A stretch of DNA of 35,982 nucleotides, taken from positions 1-35,982 of IMG/VR virus record IMGVR_UViG_3300032253_000246; one strand, given 5' to 3'. The notes beneath the pieces were generated by a model. The model did not search any database. It saw only the letters and a list, made by a program, of their open reading frames with translations, and was not told where the DNA came from. How positions within the stretch are numbered: the first letter of the stretch is position 1; each line of letters begins with the position of its first letter. Positions 1 to 9,242 of this stretch are shown here, one piece after another. Position numbers and translations under genes: made by a program. This stretch comes from a virus. Lineage: Duplodnaviria; Caudoviricetes.

Positions 1-63
1 ACCGGTTTCTTGTTCTTTCAATATGCGGATGATCTGTTCTTCGGTAAAACGACTGCGTTTCAT
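1..63 (-). CDS. IS3-family transposase OrfA, N-terminus (partial)
   Basis: Manual translation from the ATG at 63 gives MKRSRFTEEQIIRILKEQETG, the characteristic IS3/IS407 OrfA start. Not in the ORF track. Confidence 0.9.
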   Translation of the reverse strand, partial: MKRSRFTEEQIIRILKEQETG

Positions 64-127
64 AAATCTGTCTCCTATGGTTGACAGACTCTACTTATAT
101 ATGGAGGTATTTAAAGGGCGCAGGTCA
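1..127 (-). mobile_element. Left end of an IS3-family (IS407-group-like) insertion sequence, continuing off the window edge
   Basis: The minus strand from 127 reads TGACCTGCGCCC, a TG-starting IS3-type terminus. An AGGAG RBS and a typical orfA start follow. Confidence 0.85.
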
Positions 128-162
128 CCGTCGTTTGTCATAATGGCAATGTTCGTCATCAT
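128..162 (-). pseudogene. 5' stub of a small gene interrupted by the IS
   Basis: ATG at 162 gives MMTNIAIMTNDG, which runs directly into the IS end at 127. It lies 37 nt downstream of the motif at 200-225. Confidence 0.45.
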
Positions 163-199
163 TTTTCTCTCTGGTTTAATCATTTTGTTGATCCCAGTA

Positions 200-225
200 A
201 CGCTCTTAGGCGTCATCTTATCAAG
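200..225 (-). promoter_or_regulatory. Conserved promoter-like motif CTTGATAA-N10-AAGAGCGT, copy 1
   Basis: Both 8-bp blocks and the 10-bp spacer length are identical to the copy at 23305-23330. Confidence 0.5.
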
Positions 226-263
226 TCTAATAGGCTGTAAAATAAGCAGTATTTTGAAAACTC

Positions 264-842
264 ATGTCCGATAACACTCAGCCAATCTCGGTGATTACGA
301 GTCTGCTCGACCTGTCCGAGAGACGGGTGCAACAGCTATCGCGGGCGGGGGTTATTCCGAAAGCGGCACGGGGTCGATACGAGCTGATTGGATCAGTCCG
401 TGGCTACATTCGCCATTTGCGCGACATCAATATTAAAAGCGAGACGGGGACCGTTGACTACGGCACCGAGCGCGCAAGGTTGGTTAAAGCCAAGGCTAAT
501 CTGGCGGAAATGGAAGCTTCACAAATGCGGGGAGATTTGCTTCCCGCACCTGACGTAACGGCGGCCTGGACGGAGATCGTGGCGCTGATGCGAGCGCGGC
601 TGCTGGTGCTGCCCGACAAAATCGCACCGGTGGTTCATGAAACGACAAGCCTCAATCAAACAAGAGACGTCATCAAAAAGGCAGTCTACGAAATCCTCAC
701 GGAAATCGCCGCCACAGACGTTGAAATCATGCCTCGCACTGATGGGAACACCAGCGTTGAGGAAGGCGGTGAAGAACGCCTGCAAAGTGGCGGCACCACC
801 GCCGGATCTGACGATCAGCCAGTGGGCGGATCAAAATCGTAG
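264..842 (+). CDS. Terminase small subunit (Nu1-like)
   Basis: N-terminal wHTH (LLDLSERRVQQL...GRYELIGSVRGYI) and a coiled coil (ERARLVKAKA). Directly upstream of the large terminase. Confidence 0.85.
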   Translation: MSDNTQPISVITSLLDLSERRVQQLSRAGVIPKAARGRYELIGSVRGYIRHLRDINIKSETGTVDYGTERARLVKAKANLAEMEASQMRGDLLPAPDVTAAWTEIVALMRARLLVLPDKIAPVVHETTSLNQTRDVIKKAVYEILTEIAATDVEIMPRTDGNTSVEEGGEERLQSGGTTAGSDDQPVGGSKS

Positions 843-2676
843 GCTGAGCTCTGAAGCCAGTGCCGAACCGGGTCAATGGATGACGGATCGCGCTGAATAT
901 CAGCGCGGTATCATGGGCGCAATTTCTGATCCTTCGGTGGAAACCGTGGTGGTCAAGACCTCAGCGCAGGTTGGTAAAACCGAGTGCATTTTAAACGCTG
1001 TTGGCTATTACGTTGATCAGGATCCATCGCCGATCATGGTGGTGATGCCAACGGAACGAGATGCTGAGACTTGGTCGAAGGACCGTTTTGCCCCCATGGC
1101 ACGAGATACGCCATGTCTGCGGGGCAAATTGTCAGATCCCAAATCGCGGGATGGATCGAACAAGATCCTTCATAAGAAATTTGGCGGTGGTCACTTGACC
1201 ATTGTTGGTGCCAATGCGCCATCGGGTTTGGCCATGCGTCCGATCCGTATATTGCTTTGTGATGAGGTTGATCGGTATCCAGCCAGTGCAGGCGCTGAAG
1301 GCGATCCGGTTAACCTGGCCAAAAAACGAACCGTCACTTTTTGGAACAAGAAGATTGTTCTCGTCTCGACCCCCACCATTAAAGGGGTGAGCCGGATCGA
1401 TGCGGCTTGGGAAGAAAGTGATAAACGCCGGTATTGGGTGCCGTGTCCCGATTGTGGAGAACATCAAGTTCTGCACTGGGAGCAAGTGCGCTGGGATAAA
1501 GACGCGGCAGGAAAACATCTGCCGGAGAGCGCCCATTATGTTTGCGAGCAATGCGGCTCACTTTGGAAGGACACTAAGCGCGGCGGGGCCATCCGCTTAG
1601 GTGAATGGCGGACGGAAAAGCCTTTTGAGAAGATCGCAGGGTTTCATCTGAACGAGATTTACTCACCATGGGTCAAGTTGGAAGAGATGGTTCGCACCTT
1701 TCTTTCCGCCAAGGAACACGGTGAGGAGGCCATGAAGACGTTTATCAACACATCGTTGGGGGAAGTCTTTGAAATCCGGGGCGAGGCTCCGGAATGGGAA
1801 CGTATTTATAATCGCCGAGAGGAATATCCCATCGGTGCGGTGCCGGAAGGCGGGCTGTTTTTGACAGCCGGTGCCGACGTGCAACGTGACCGCATCGAGG
1901 TTGAGGTGATTGCCTGGGGCCGAAGACGGGAAAGCTGGTCGATAGATTACCGGGTTCTCCATGGTGATACGGCCAAGACGGATGTTTGGAACAAGCTGAG
2001 CGCCATGTTGGAAGAACGGTTTTCCCATACGGAAACCGGCGCTGGCATGATGATTGATCGCATGGCTGTTGATTCCGGTTATGCCACGCAGCAAGTTTAC
2101 GCCTGGTCGCGGACGGCCCCATTGGGGCGCGTCATGCCGATTAAAGGCGTGGATAAAAGCCGGTTTCCAATTCAGGGGCCGAGCGATGTCGAAGTAAAGA
2201 TCGGCAAGCGCAAACGCAAACGTGGAGCCAAGTTATGGACGGTCTGCGGGCCGGTGTTTAAAGCCGAGCTTTATGGAGACCTGCGTAAAGACCCGCCTGA
2301 TGACGAAGAAGAGTTTCCGCCGGGATACTGTCATTTTCCGCAGTATGACCCGGAGTATTTTAAGCAACTGACCGCCGAGCAGGCTGTGACCCGGGTTAAG
2401 AAAAACGGGTTTGCCGTTATCGAGTGGCAAAAAACCCGTGAACGTAACGAGGCGCTGGATTGCCGGGTCTATGCCCGTGCGGCGGCAGAATATGACTTGG
2501 TCCGACTGACTGAGCGTGTAGCGCGCAACAAGGAACGTAAATTGGAAGACTGCGCCAAGGAAAATAACAAGGGCAGCGTGGTCAAAACGAAAACATCGCT
2601 GTCCTTGCCGGAGACGGAAACCGACACATCATCGCGTTGGGCAGATCCTATCCTGTCCGACGATCCCTGGCTCTAA
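637..2676 (+). CDS. Terminase large subunit (lambda GpA family); true start may be the ATG at 742
   Basis: Walker A SAQVGKTE, Walker B LLCDEVD, STPT motif, CPDCG/CEQCG zinc pair, GADVQ nuclease motif, RNEALDC. Confidence 0.95.
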   Translation: MKRQASIKQETSSKRQSTKSSRKSPPQTLKSCLALMGTPALRKAVKNACKVAAPPPDLTISQWADQNRRLSSEASAEPGQWMTDRAEYQRGIMGAISDPSVETVVVKTSAQVGKTECILNAVGYYVDQDPSPIMVVMPTERDAETWSKDRFAPMARDTPCLRGKLSDPKSRDGSNKILHKKFGGGHLTIVGANAPSGLAMRPIRILLCDEVDRYPASAGAEGDPVNLAKKRTVTFWNKKIVLVSTPTIKGVSRIDAAWEESDKRRYWVPCPDCGEHQVLHWEQVRWDKDAAGKHLPESAHYVCEQCGSLWKDTKRGGAIRLGEWRTEKPFEKIAGFHLNEIYSPWVKLEEMVRTFLSAKEHGEEAMKTFINTSLGEVFEIRGEAPEWERIYNRREEYPIGAVPEGGLFLTAGADVQRDRIEVEVIAWGRRRESWSIDYRVLHGDTAKTDVWNKLSAMLEERFSHTETGAGMMIDRMAVDSGYATQQVYAWSRTAPLGRVMPIKGVDKSRFPIQGPSDVEVKIGKRKRKRGAKLWTVCGPVFKAELYGDLRKDPPDDEEEFPPGYCHFPQYDPEYFKQLTAEQAVTRVKKNGFAVIEWQKTRERNEALDCRVYARAAAEYDLVRLTERVARNKERKLEDCAKENNKGSVVKTKTSLSLPETETDTSSRWADPILSDDPWL

Positions 2677-2690
2677 ACAGGTTTGAGATC

Positions 2691-2918
2691 ATGACTGAAT
2701 TATCAACATTGGAAACCCGGCTTACGCAAGCCGAGGCTGCTCTGCATGTGCTTGCCACAGGCGGTCAACGCCAGGTCGTGGATATCGGAACCGGTGGGCG
2801 TGTTGCCTATACGCCAGCCAATGTTGCTGACCTGCGTTTGTATATCGCCGGTCTTAAAAACCAGATTGCCAAGCTTAAGGGTCTGTCTCGGCGGGCTCCC
2901 ATTTACGTGGAATTTTAA
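2691..2918 (+). CDS. Head-tail joining protein gpW-like
   Basis: 75 aa from the ATG at 2691 (LTQAEAALHVLATG...VAYTPANVADLRLYIAGL). Located between terminase and portal as in lambda. Confidence 0.85.
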   Translation: MTELSTLETRLTQAEAALHVLATGGQRQVVDIGTGGRVAYTPANVADLRLYIAGLKNQIAKLKGLSRRAPIYVEF

Positions 2919-4469
2919 ATGCTCCAACGATTGCGTTCTTTCATCTCGCGGCCAAAGGCTCAAGCGGGGGCCTATAATGGTGCCTCGACCACGGACCGGG
3001 AAACAGCTTCCTGGCAGCCATCGTTCGGTTCAGCTGATGCGGACTTGCTGGATGACCTGCCCATTCTGCGGGCGCGCAATCGTGATTTAGCGATTAATAA
3101 CGGCATTGCTTCGGGCGCAATCCAGACCATTACCGACAATGTGGTTGGCACCGGGTTCCGGTTATCGGCCAAGCCTGATTATCGCGCACTTGGTCGTGAC
3201 AAGGTTTGGGCTGATGAATGGAGCAATCAAATTGAAGCCCTATGGCGGACCTGGGCTGATGGAACTGACTGTGATGCGGGTCGGACACTGAATTTTGCAG
3301 GCCTGACCCAACTGGTGTTCCGTTCTGGATTGTTGAACGGCGAAGCTTTGGCGCTTCCCTTGTGGTTGCCCGGCGACGGACCGTTCGCCACCCGTATTCA
3401 AGTGATTGAAGCCGACCGACTATCGACGCCGCCGCATAAAAGTGACGGCAAAGGAATGCGCGCCGGTATTGAGGTTGATGGCTACGGTGCGCCGCAGGCG
3501 TATTGGATTAAGAAAACTCATCCCGGTGATCATTTCGCCTGGGGATATGCGGCCACTGATTGGCAGCGGGTGCCTGCGTTTACGCGCTGGGGCCGCCACC
3601 GGATCATCCATGTTCATGACAAGGAACGCACAGGTCAGAGCCGAGGAAAGCCTCTGTTCTCTGCAGTGATGAAACAGTTTCGTATGCTGGATAAATACCA
3701 GAGTAGCGAACTGCAGGCTGCCGTTATCAATGCCATGATCGCGGCCTTCATTGAAACGCCGATGGATCAAGACAGCATTGTCGAGATGTTTGGCGGCGAC
3801 GCCGATCAATATATGCAGGACCGCAACGCCTATATCAAAAACCGGGTCCGTCTCAAAGGTGGGGCGGTTATGCCGTTGTTTCCGGGGGACAAGTTGTCAT
3901 CGTTTGCGCCGTCGCGACCGGCAGATGGGTTTGCGCCTTTTGTTGAGGCCATGTCCCGTCATGTGGCGGCGGCATTGCACATGCCCTACGAGCTTTTGCT
4001 CAAGGATTTTAGCAAGACCAATTACTCCAGTGCCCGGGCGGCATTATTGGAAGCCTCGCGGTTTTTTAATGGTCGTCGGCAATGGCTGTCAGCCCAATGG
4101 ACGCAGCCCGTTTATGAGCTCTGGCTCGAGGAAGTCATCGAGGCCGGGCTGATCGAAGCCCCAGATTTTTACGAATACCGCCGTGCTTATGCCCGGTCCC
4201 GTTGGATTGGGCCAGGGCGGGGGTGGGTGGATCCGGTCAAAGAAGCCAAAGCCGCACAGACCCGTATGGATATCGGGGTTTCGACTTTGGAAAACGAATG
4301 CGCTGAGCAAGGTCTTGACTGGGAAGAAGTCCTGGAACAACGGGCGCGGGAACGCGAACGCATGGCCGAGCTTGGTCTTTTGGGTGCGGCAGATGTCGTG
4401 TCCGGTCAGCCGTTTGTAGAGGAAACACCCGGTCAAGAATCAGGTCACGGTAAGGAAGCAAAGCCATGA
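2919..4469 (+). CDS. Portal protein, lambda family
   Basis: LRARNRDL, GQSRGKP, NYSSARAALLE and GWVDPVKE motifs; synteny. Confidence 0.95.
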   Translation: MLQRLRSFISRPKAQAGAYNGASTTDRETASWQPSFGSADADLLDDLPILRARNRDLAINNGIASGAIQTITDNVVGTGFRLSAKPDYRALGRDKVWADEWSNQIEALWRTWADGTDCDAGRTLNFAGLTQLVFRSGLLNGEALALPLWLPGDGPFATRIQVIEADRLSTPPHKSDGKGMRAGIEVDGYGAPQAYWIKKTHPGDHFAWGYAATDWQRVPAFTRWGRHRIIHVHDKERTGQSRGKPLFSAVMKQFRMLDKYQSSELQAAVINAMIAAFIETPMDQDSIVEMFGGDADQYMQDRNAYIKNRVRLKGGAVMPLFPGDKLSSFAPSRPADGFAPFVEAMSRHVAAALHMPYELLLKDFSKTNYSSARAALLEASRFFNGRRQWLSAQWTQPVYELWLEEVIEAGLIEAPDFYEYRRAYARSRWIGPGRGWVDPVKEAKAAQTRMDIGVSTLENECAEQGLDWEEVLEQRARERERMAELGLLGAADVVSGQPFVEETPGQESGHGKEAKP

Positions 4470-5803
4470 AATATCCCCGTCTGTGGTCACGGCTCTATAA
4501 CACGCCGCTGGCCATCGGGTTCGGTAAGCTCAGGGTGATCGAAGGTGTGTTTAGAAAGCATCTCGACGCGTTGCACCTTGAAGAACCGCAGGCAGCATTA
4601 AGTCGTCCAGAGTCTAATGGGCGGTCATCCTATTCCGTCTCAGGTGGCTGCGTTGCCGTTATCCCTGTGCAGGGCACTTTGGTACAGCGTTCCAGTGGTC
4701 TGGATGCGGAAAGCGGGTTGACCAGTTACGCCTCTATCGGCGCACAAGTCCGTGAGGCGATGACCGATACTCAAGTCCGTGCCGTGCTCATGGAAATTGA
4801 TAGTCCCGGCGGCGAAGTCGCTGGGTTGTTTGATTTGGCGGATACCATTTATCAGGCCCGAAGCATTAAACCGGTCTGGGCCATTGCCAACGAAAATGCT
4901 TACTCGGCTGCCTATGCCATTGCCAGTGCGGCGGAACGGTTGACGCTGCCACGCTCAGCCGGTGTCGGTTCCATTGGCGTTGTCGCCATGCACATGGACC
5001 AAAGCGCGAAAGATGCCAAGCAGGGCTACGTCTACACGCCGGTGTTTGCCGGTGATCGCAAAATCGATGGAAGCGAGCATTTTCCGCTGACCCCAGAGGC
5101 TAAGTCCTCGCTCCAGTCAGAGGTAGATCGGCTTTATGGCCTGTTCGTCTCCACGGTGACCCGCAATCGAAACATTGATGCAACGCTTGTTCGCGCCACT
5201 GAGGCCGGATGGCTTAACCCGCAAGAAGCGGTGGCCTCTGGCTTTGCCGATGGCATTGCGACCTTCGCTGAAACTTTATCGCAATTAGAGCGACGGGCGG
5301 CCTCGTCGGTAACAACAACAGGTGTGCGGGCCGCTGCGCATCATGTCTCAACCATAAGGAAAAGACAGATGGATGAACACCAAGACACGGCAGTTGATGC
5401 CAGCCAAGAAAGCCCCAACGTTGAGGGCCATGCGCAACCTTCAAAAGGCACACCGATTGATACCGATGCTTTGAAGGCGGAAGGCCATCGGGATGGTCAG
5501 GCGTCTGAGCGCAGCCGCATTGCAACCATCTTGAATGCAACAGAAGCAGAAGGCCGCACTGAGTTGGCTCGATCTCTTGCGCTGGAAACTGACCTGGACG
5601 CCGCGAGCGCCATCAAGGTTTTGTCGTCCACACCCGAACAGCCGAAAACTGGCAGCCTGCTGAAAGCGGCCATGGCGAGCATCGACAATCCGGTTGTTGG
5701 AGCCGATGCCCCGGAAGGTGAAGAAGACACTGTTGTTGAAGCCATGACGGCCCGGGCGCTTTCGACCCTCGGTCATAAACCCACACATAATCAAGGAGCC
5801 TGA
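4466..5803 (+). CDS. S49 family prohead protease (gpC-like) with C-terminal scaffold region
   Basis: IDSPGGEV, AYSAAYAIAS and GVGSIGV motifs; follows the portal with an ATGA overlap. Confidence 0.93.
   Translation: MKYPRLWSRLYNTPLAIGFGKLRVIEGVFRKHLDALHLEEPQAALSRPESNGRSSYSVSGGCVAVIPVQGTLVQRSSGLDAESGLTSYASIGAQVREAMTDTQVRAVLMEIDSPGGEVAGLFDLADTIYQARSIKPVWAIANENAYSAAYAIASAAERLTLPRSAGVGSIGVVAMHMDQSAKDAKQGYVYTPVFAGDRKIDGSEHFPLTPEAKSSLQSEVDRLYGLFVSTVTRNRNIDATLVRATEAGWLNPQEAVASGFADGIATFAETLSQLERRAASSVTTTGVRAAAHHVSTIRKRQMDEHQDTAVDASQESPNVEGHAQPSKGTPIDTDALKAEGHRDGQASERSRIATILNATEAEGRTELARSLALETDLDAASAIKVLSSTPEQPKTGSLLKAAMASIDNPVVGADAPEGEEDTVVEAMTARALSTLGHKPTHNQGA
5369..5803 (+). CDS. Nested in-frame scaffolding protein (Nu3-like)
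   Basis: In-frame ATG at 5369 preceded by TAAGGAAAAGACAG. The product contains ERSRIATIL. Same arrangement as lambda C/Nu3. Confidence 0.6.
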   Translation: MDEHQDTAVDASQESPNVEGHAQPSKGTPIDTDALKAEGHRDGQASERSRIATILNATEAEGRTELARSLALETDLDAASAIKVLSSTPEQPKTGSLLKAAMASIDNPVVGADAPEGEEDTVVEAMTARALSTLGHKPTHNQGA

Positions 5804-5805
5804 TC

Positions 5806-6186
5806 ATGGCGTTACGCGATCCCAATTTTGGCAATGTTGATGCCTTCACTCAACAAGACCTCATTGCTGGTGATTTTCCCCGTCACACCGACACCGTGGT
5901 CATCGCCGCCGGTGAAACCTTGGGCATGGGTGCGGTCCTTGGTGAAGTGACTGCCGACAATACCTTCAAGCTTTCACTCGTCGCCGCCGCCGACGGTTCT
6001 GAAATCCCTATCGCCATTTTGCAAAACGACGTGGATGCCAGTGCCGGGGCCATTAATGCTGCCGTCTGGTTCACCGGTTGCTTTAACGAAGACGCCCTCG
6101 TCTTCGGTGCCGGTCATGACAAGTCCACCGCCAAACCGGGACTCAGGTCTCAAAGTATTTTCCTCAAACCTGTTGTAGGAGCCTAA
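5806..6186 (+). CDS. Head decoration protein (gpD-like)
   Basis: 126 aa between protease and capsid; GAVLG, DGSEIPIAIL and GCFNEDAL pattern; AAGGAG RBS. Confidence 0.88.
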   Translation: MALRDPNFGNVDAFTQQDLIAGDFPRHTDTVVIAAGETLGMGAVLGEVTADNTFKLSLVAAADGSEIPIAILQNDVDASAGAINAAVWFTGCFNEDALVFGAGHDKSTAKPGLRSQSIFLKPVVGA

Positions 6187-6190
6187 ATCC

Positions 6191-7231
6191 ATGCCGATTA
6201 ACGCTTATGATACCGGTCGCCTGGAGCGCGTCATTGAAGGAATTGTCGCCTCCAACGCCGAGCCGGTCCAGTTTCTAGCCCGAACCTTCTTCTCTACGGT
6301 CTCACGATCTGACACGGAGGAGATTTTCTTCGATGTGGTCGATGGCAAACCACGCATCACGCCCTTTGTCTCGCCTTTGGTTGAAGGCAAGGTGGTGGCG
6401 AACCGTGGTTACGAGACCAAGAGTTTTAAACCAGCCTACCTCAAGGAAAAACGGGTGGTTCGGCCACAGCAAGGTCTCAAACGCCGCCCGGGAGAGCCGT
6501 TCATGGGTCGCATGTCTCCTGAAAGCCGCATTCAGGCCGCAGTCGCCGACAACCTGGCTGATATGCTTAAAATGCTGAACCGTCGCTTTGAAGTGATGGC
6601 GACAGAAGTTCTTTTGACCGGCAAACAAGTGGTAGCCGGTGAAGGTTATGCCACCCAGGTGGTCGATTTTCAGCGAGACCCCACCCATACGGTGGCGCTA
6701 ACTGGTGCATCCCGTTGGGGCGAAGCCGGGGTGAGCCCTCTGGCTGATCTTCGTTCCTGGGCGATTACGGTACGGGGAAATTCTGGCCTTAGCCCGCGCA
6801 CGGTGATTATGGAAGACAGTGCCTTTGAGCAATTTATCAAAGACCCGGAAGTGAAGGCCTTGTTCGATGTCAGGCGTGGCACCTCGATCAGCCTGTCGCT
6901 TGATCCCATCGTCGCGGATGAAAAATCCGTGTTTCGTGGCAACATCGGCAGCTTCGATATCTGGACCTACAACGATGTTTATGTGGATGACGACGGTGTC
7001 GACCAAACGCTGCTCCCCACCGGCACGGTGTTGCTGGTTGCCCGCACGGGGTTGGAAGGTGTCCGTCATCACGGGGCCATTCTTGACGAGGCCGCAGGCA
7101 TCCGCCCGCTGGAATACTTCGTTAAATCGTGGTCGGAAAACGATCCGCCGGTGCGCTACATGTTACTGCAATCTTCAGCACTGGTGGTGCCTTACCGCGC
7201 CAACGCCAGTTTCTGTGCAACCGTATTGTGA
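6191..7231 (+). CDS. Major capsid protein (lambda gpE family)
   Basis: TPFVSPLVEG, FKPAYLKEKR and YMLLQSSAL motifs; size and synteny. Confidence 0.93.
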   Translation: MPINAYDTGRLERVIEGIVASNAEPVQFLARTFFSTVSRSDTEEIFFDVVDGKPRITPFVSPLVEGKVVANRGYETKSFKPAYLKEKRVVRPQQGLKRRPGEPFMGRMSPESRIQAAVADNLADMLKMLNRRFEVMATEVLLTGKQVVAGEGYATQVVDFQRDPTHTVALTGASRWGEAGVSPLADLRSWAITVRGNSGLSPRTVIMEDSAFEQFIKDPEVKALFDVRRGTSISLSLDPIVADEKSVFRGNIGSFDIWTYNDVYVDDDGVDQTLLPTGTVLLVARTGLEGVRHHGAILDEAAGIRPLEYFVKSWSENDPPVRYMLLQSSALVVPYRANASFCATVL

Positions 7232-7242
7232 GAGGCCCTGTC

Positions 7243-7434
7243 ATGAAGCTTAAAGCAAACGTCATGGTCGTCGCCGGTAAGAAAACCCATTCTCCGGGCG
7301 ATACGTTCGATATCAACGAAGACGAGGGTCGCAGGCTTGTTGATCGCAAGCTGGCAAGCCTGGTCACAGAACAACCTGTCAAAAAGGACGGCAAGGCCAA
7401 ACCAGAACCTGATACGCCCAGTGAAGATAAATGA
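7243..7434 (+). CDS. Small virion or packaging-associated protein (gpFI position)
   Basis: ATG at 7243 after GAGAGG; 63 aa MKLKANV...PGDTFDINEDEGRRLV; immediately after the capsid gene. Confidence 0.65.
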   Translation: MKLKANVMVVAGKKTHSPGDTFDINEDEGRRLVDRKLASLVTEQPVKKDGKAKPEPDTPSEDK

Positions 7435-7748
7435 CATTCGCCTCCCTAGCTTTGGAAGCACTCAACATCACGTTTGATGAATTTGGTGTTGATGCATCGT
7501 ATTCCCCGCAAGGGGGTGCGGCTGTGAATATCCGGGTGATCGCCATCCGCCCCGACGAAATTGTCGGGTTTGGTGAAACCCGGGTTCATGCTGAAACGGC
7601 CCTGTTTGAAGTTCGTGTTTCAGAATTGGCGCAACCACGCCCTGATGACCTTCTCTCCATTGATGGGGTTGATTACGTTATTCAGGGTGAGCCTGAACGC
7701 CGAGATCCTCATCGGATGGTTTGGACGCTTGATGTGAGACCAACATGA
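7431..7748 (+). CDS. Head-tail joining/closure protein (gpFII-like)
   Basis: 105 aa, beta-rich (PRPDDLLSIDGVDYVIQGEP); ATGA overlaps on both sides. Confidence 0.75.
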   Translation: MTFASLALEALNITFDEFGVDASYSPQGGAAVNIRVIAIRPDEIVGFGETRVHAETALFEVRVSELAQPRPDDLLSIDGVDYVIQGEPERRDPHRMVWTLDVRPT

Positions 7749-8392
7749 AGCTTGGTGCCACCATTGTTGGCTCCCTTATGGCCGACATGAAGGCGGAGAC
7801 AAAACGCATTGAGCGCGGTGTTGCTGCTGGCGTTAAGGAAGCAGGCGACGGGCTCAAAGGCGATCTTCGTAAACAGGTTATTGCTGCCGGTTTAGGACCA
7901 AGGTTGGCCCGGACCTGGCGGAGCCGTGTCTATCCCAACAAGGGACATGACGCGGCAACTTTGGTCTGGTCCAAGGCTCCACAGATCATTCGCACCTTTG
8001 ATGAAGGGGCGGTGATCCGAAGCAAGTCCGGTCTTTGGCTGGCCATTCCGACACCGGCAGCTCCAAAACGCGGGGTTGGTGGCAAGCGGATCAATCCGGG
8101 TAATTTCCCAGAGCACCGGTTTGGGCCGCTGCGGTTTGTTTATCGCCGTGGACGTCCGTCACTTCTGGTGGTGGATGGCGTGCGTATCAATAAATCAGGG
8201 CGGGTTGGCCGTCGTGCCAAGGGTGGTGCGTTCACCAAGACCGGACGCATGAAGCAAGGGATCGCCACCGTGGTCATGTTCATCATGGTGCCACAGGTGA
8301 AACTTAAGAAACGATTGGATGTGGTGCGAGAAGCCAAACGTTGGGAAAGACGACTTCCTGGAGTGATCAGTAAAAATATGAGACTGGAATAA
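7745..8392 (+). CDS. Basic neck/tail-completion protein (DUF6441-like)
   Basis: Arg/Lys/Gly-rich, with WLAIPT and VPQVKLKKRLD; occupies the gpZ position. Confidence 0.65.
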   Translation: MKLGATIVGSLMADMKAETKRIERGVAAGVKEAGDGLKGDLRKQVIAAGLGPRLARTWRSRVYPNKGHDAATLVWSKAPQIIRTFDEGAVIRSKSGLWLAIPTPAAPKRGVGGKRINPGNFPEHRFGPLRFVYRRGRPSLLVVDGVRINKSGRVGRRAKGGAFTKTGRMKQGIATVVMFIMVPQVKLKKRLDVVREAKRWERRLPGVISKNMRLE

Positions 8393-8397
8393 ATATG

Positions 8398-8679
8398 TTA
8401 ATCGCCCGTGTAGTCGGAAAATTCACTTAGTCGATTTTTATCAATTACCAACAGCCTAGATGGAGGTGCAGTTTGATCACAGTTTATAATCGCTAAATCG
8501 GCATCTTCATCATATTCAAGATAATCATCGTGAATATTACCCCAAACAGATTTTTGGCTCAATTTTTCCTGATCGAACCAATGAAGCAACTCCCACCGTT
8601 CAAAAATGGTGAAGCCTTGAGAGTTCAATTGATTGAGCTTTTCTTCAAGTTTCGTTTTGTATCTTTTTTGGACACCCAT
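8398..8679 (-). CDS. Hypothetical protein, AT-rich antisense moron
   Basis: 93 aa with an AGGAG RBS and its own promoter. Opposite strand and visibly lower GC than the flanking genes. Confidence 0.75.
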   Translation of the reverse strand: MGVQKRYKTKLEEKLNQLNSQGFTIFERWELLHWFDQEKLSQKSVWGNIHDDYLEYDEDADLAIINCDQTAPPSRLLVIDKNRLSEFSDYTGD

Positions 8680-8726
8680 AATCTCGCTCCTGATATTTAA
8701 AGACGTAAATTGATATTAACATTTTT

Positions 8727-8755
8727 AATATAATATTTATAATTATAATATTCAA
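8727..8755 (-). promoter_or_regulatory. Sigma70-type promoter for the moron
   Basis: The minus strand reads TTGAAT-N17-TATATT within a very AT-rich spacer. Confidence 0.6.
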
Positions 8756-8780
8756 GTAATAATTTTAAAGGTTTTTCTAA

Positions 8781-9215
8781 ATGCCCAGCAAATCAGAGCA
8801 GATCCTTGATGCAATCAAGGCACTGCTGATTACCGTGCCCAATGCCAAAATTGAGCGCAACACAGCCGTCCCTGAGAAAACACCACCCAGCGGCCTGATC
8901 GTACTGCGCGATGGAGACCCGGGCGAACCTGAGACCGCTCTTGGCGGCTTTGGCAGTGTTTACTACAGCCACGATATTGAGATCGAGCTCTATATCGAGG
9001 AAGGGAGTGCGATAGCCCGTGATGCCGCCTTTGACAATTTGGTGCAATCTATCGGCATCGTTCTGGAAATGGACCCCACTCTCGGTGGTCTTGTCTTTGG
9101 CATGTCCTATGGTCGCTCGGAAATCGATATCGAAGCCGTGGCCGGAGCCCCGGCCATCAAGACTGGCACGATCACCGTGACCGTCGAATACGAAACGACC
9201 AGCCTACTCGGCTGA
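8781..9215 (+). CDS. Tail terminator-like protein (gpU position)
   Basis: 144 aa acidic protein (LRDGDPGEPE, DPTLGGL) directly upstream of the tail tube. Confidence 0.7.
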   Translation: MPSKSEQILDAIKALLITVPNAKIERNTAVPEKTPPSGLIVLRDGDPGEPETALGGFGSVYYSHDIEIELYIEEGSAIARDAAFDNLVQSIGIVLEMDPTLGGLVFGMSYGRSEIDIEAVAGAPAIKTGTITVTVEYETTSLLG

Positions 9216-9242
9216 CCATAACCCAATAACAGGAGACGATAA

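Noticed and set aside
23-274. 83-aa plus-strand hydrophobic ORF
   Set aside because: It spans the IS end and is antisense to transposase orfA and the interrupted stub; a chimeric shadow ORF.
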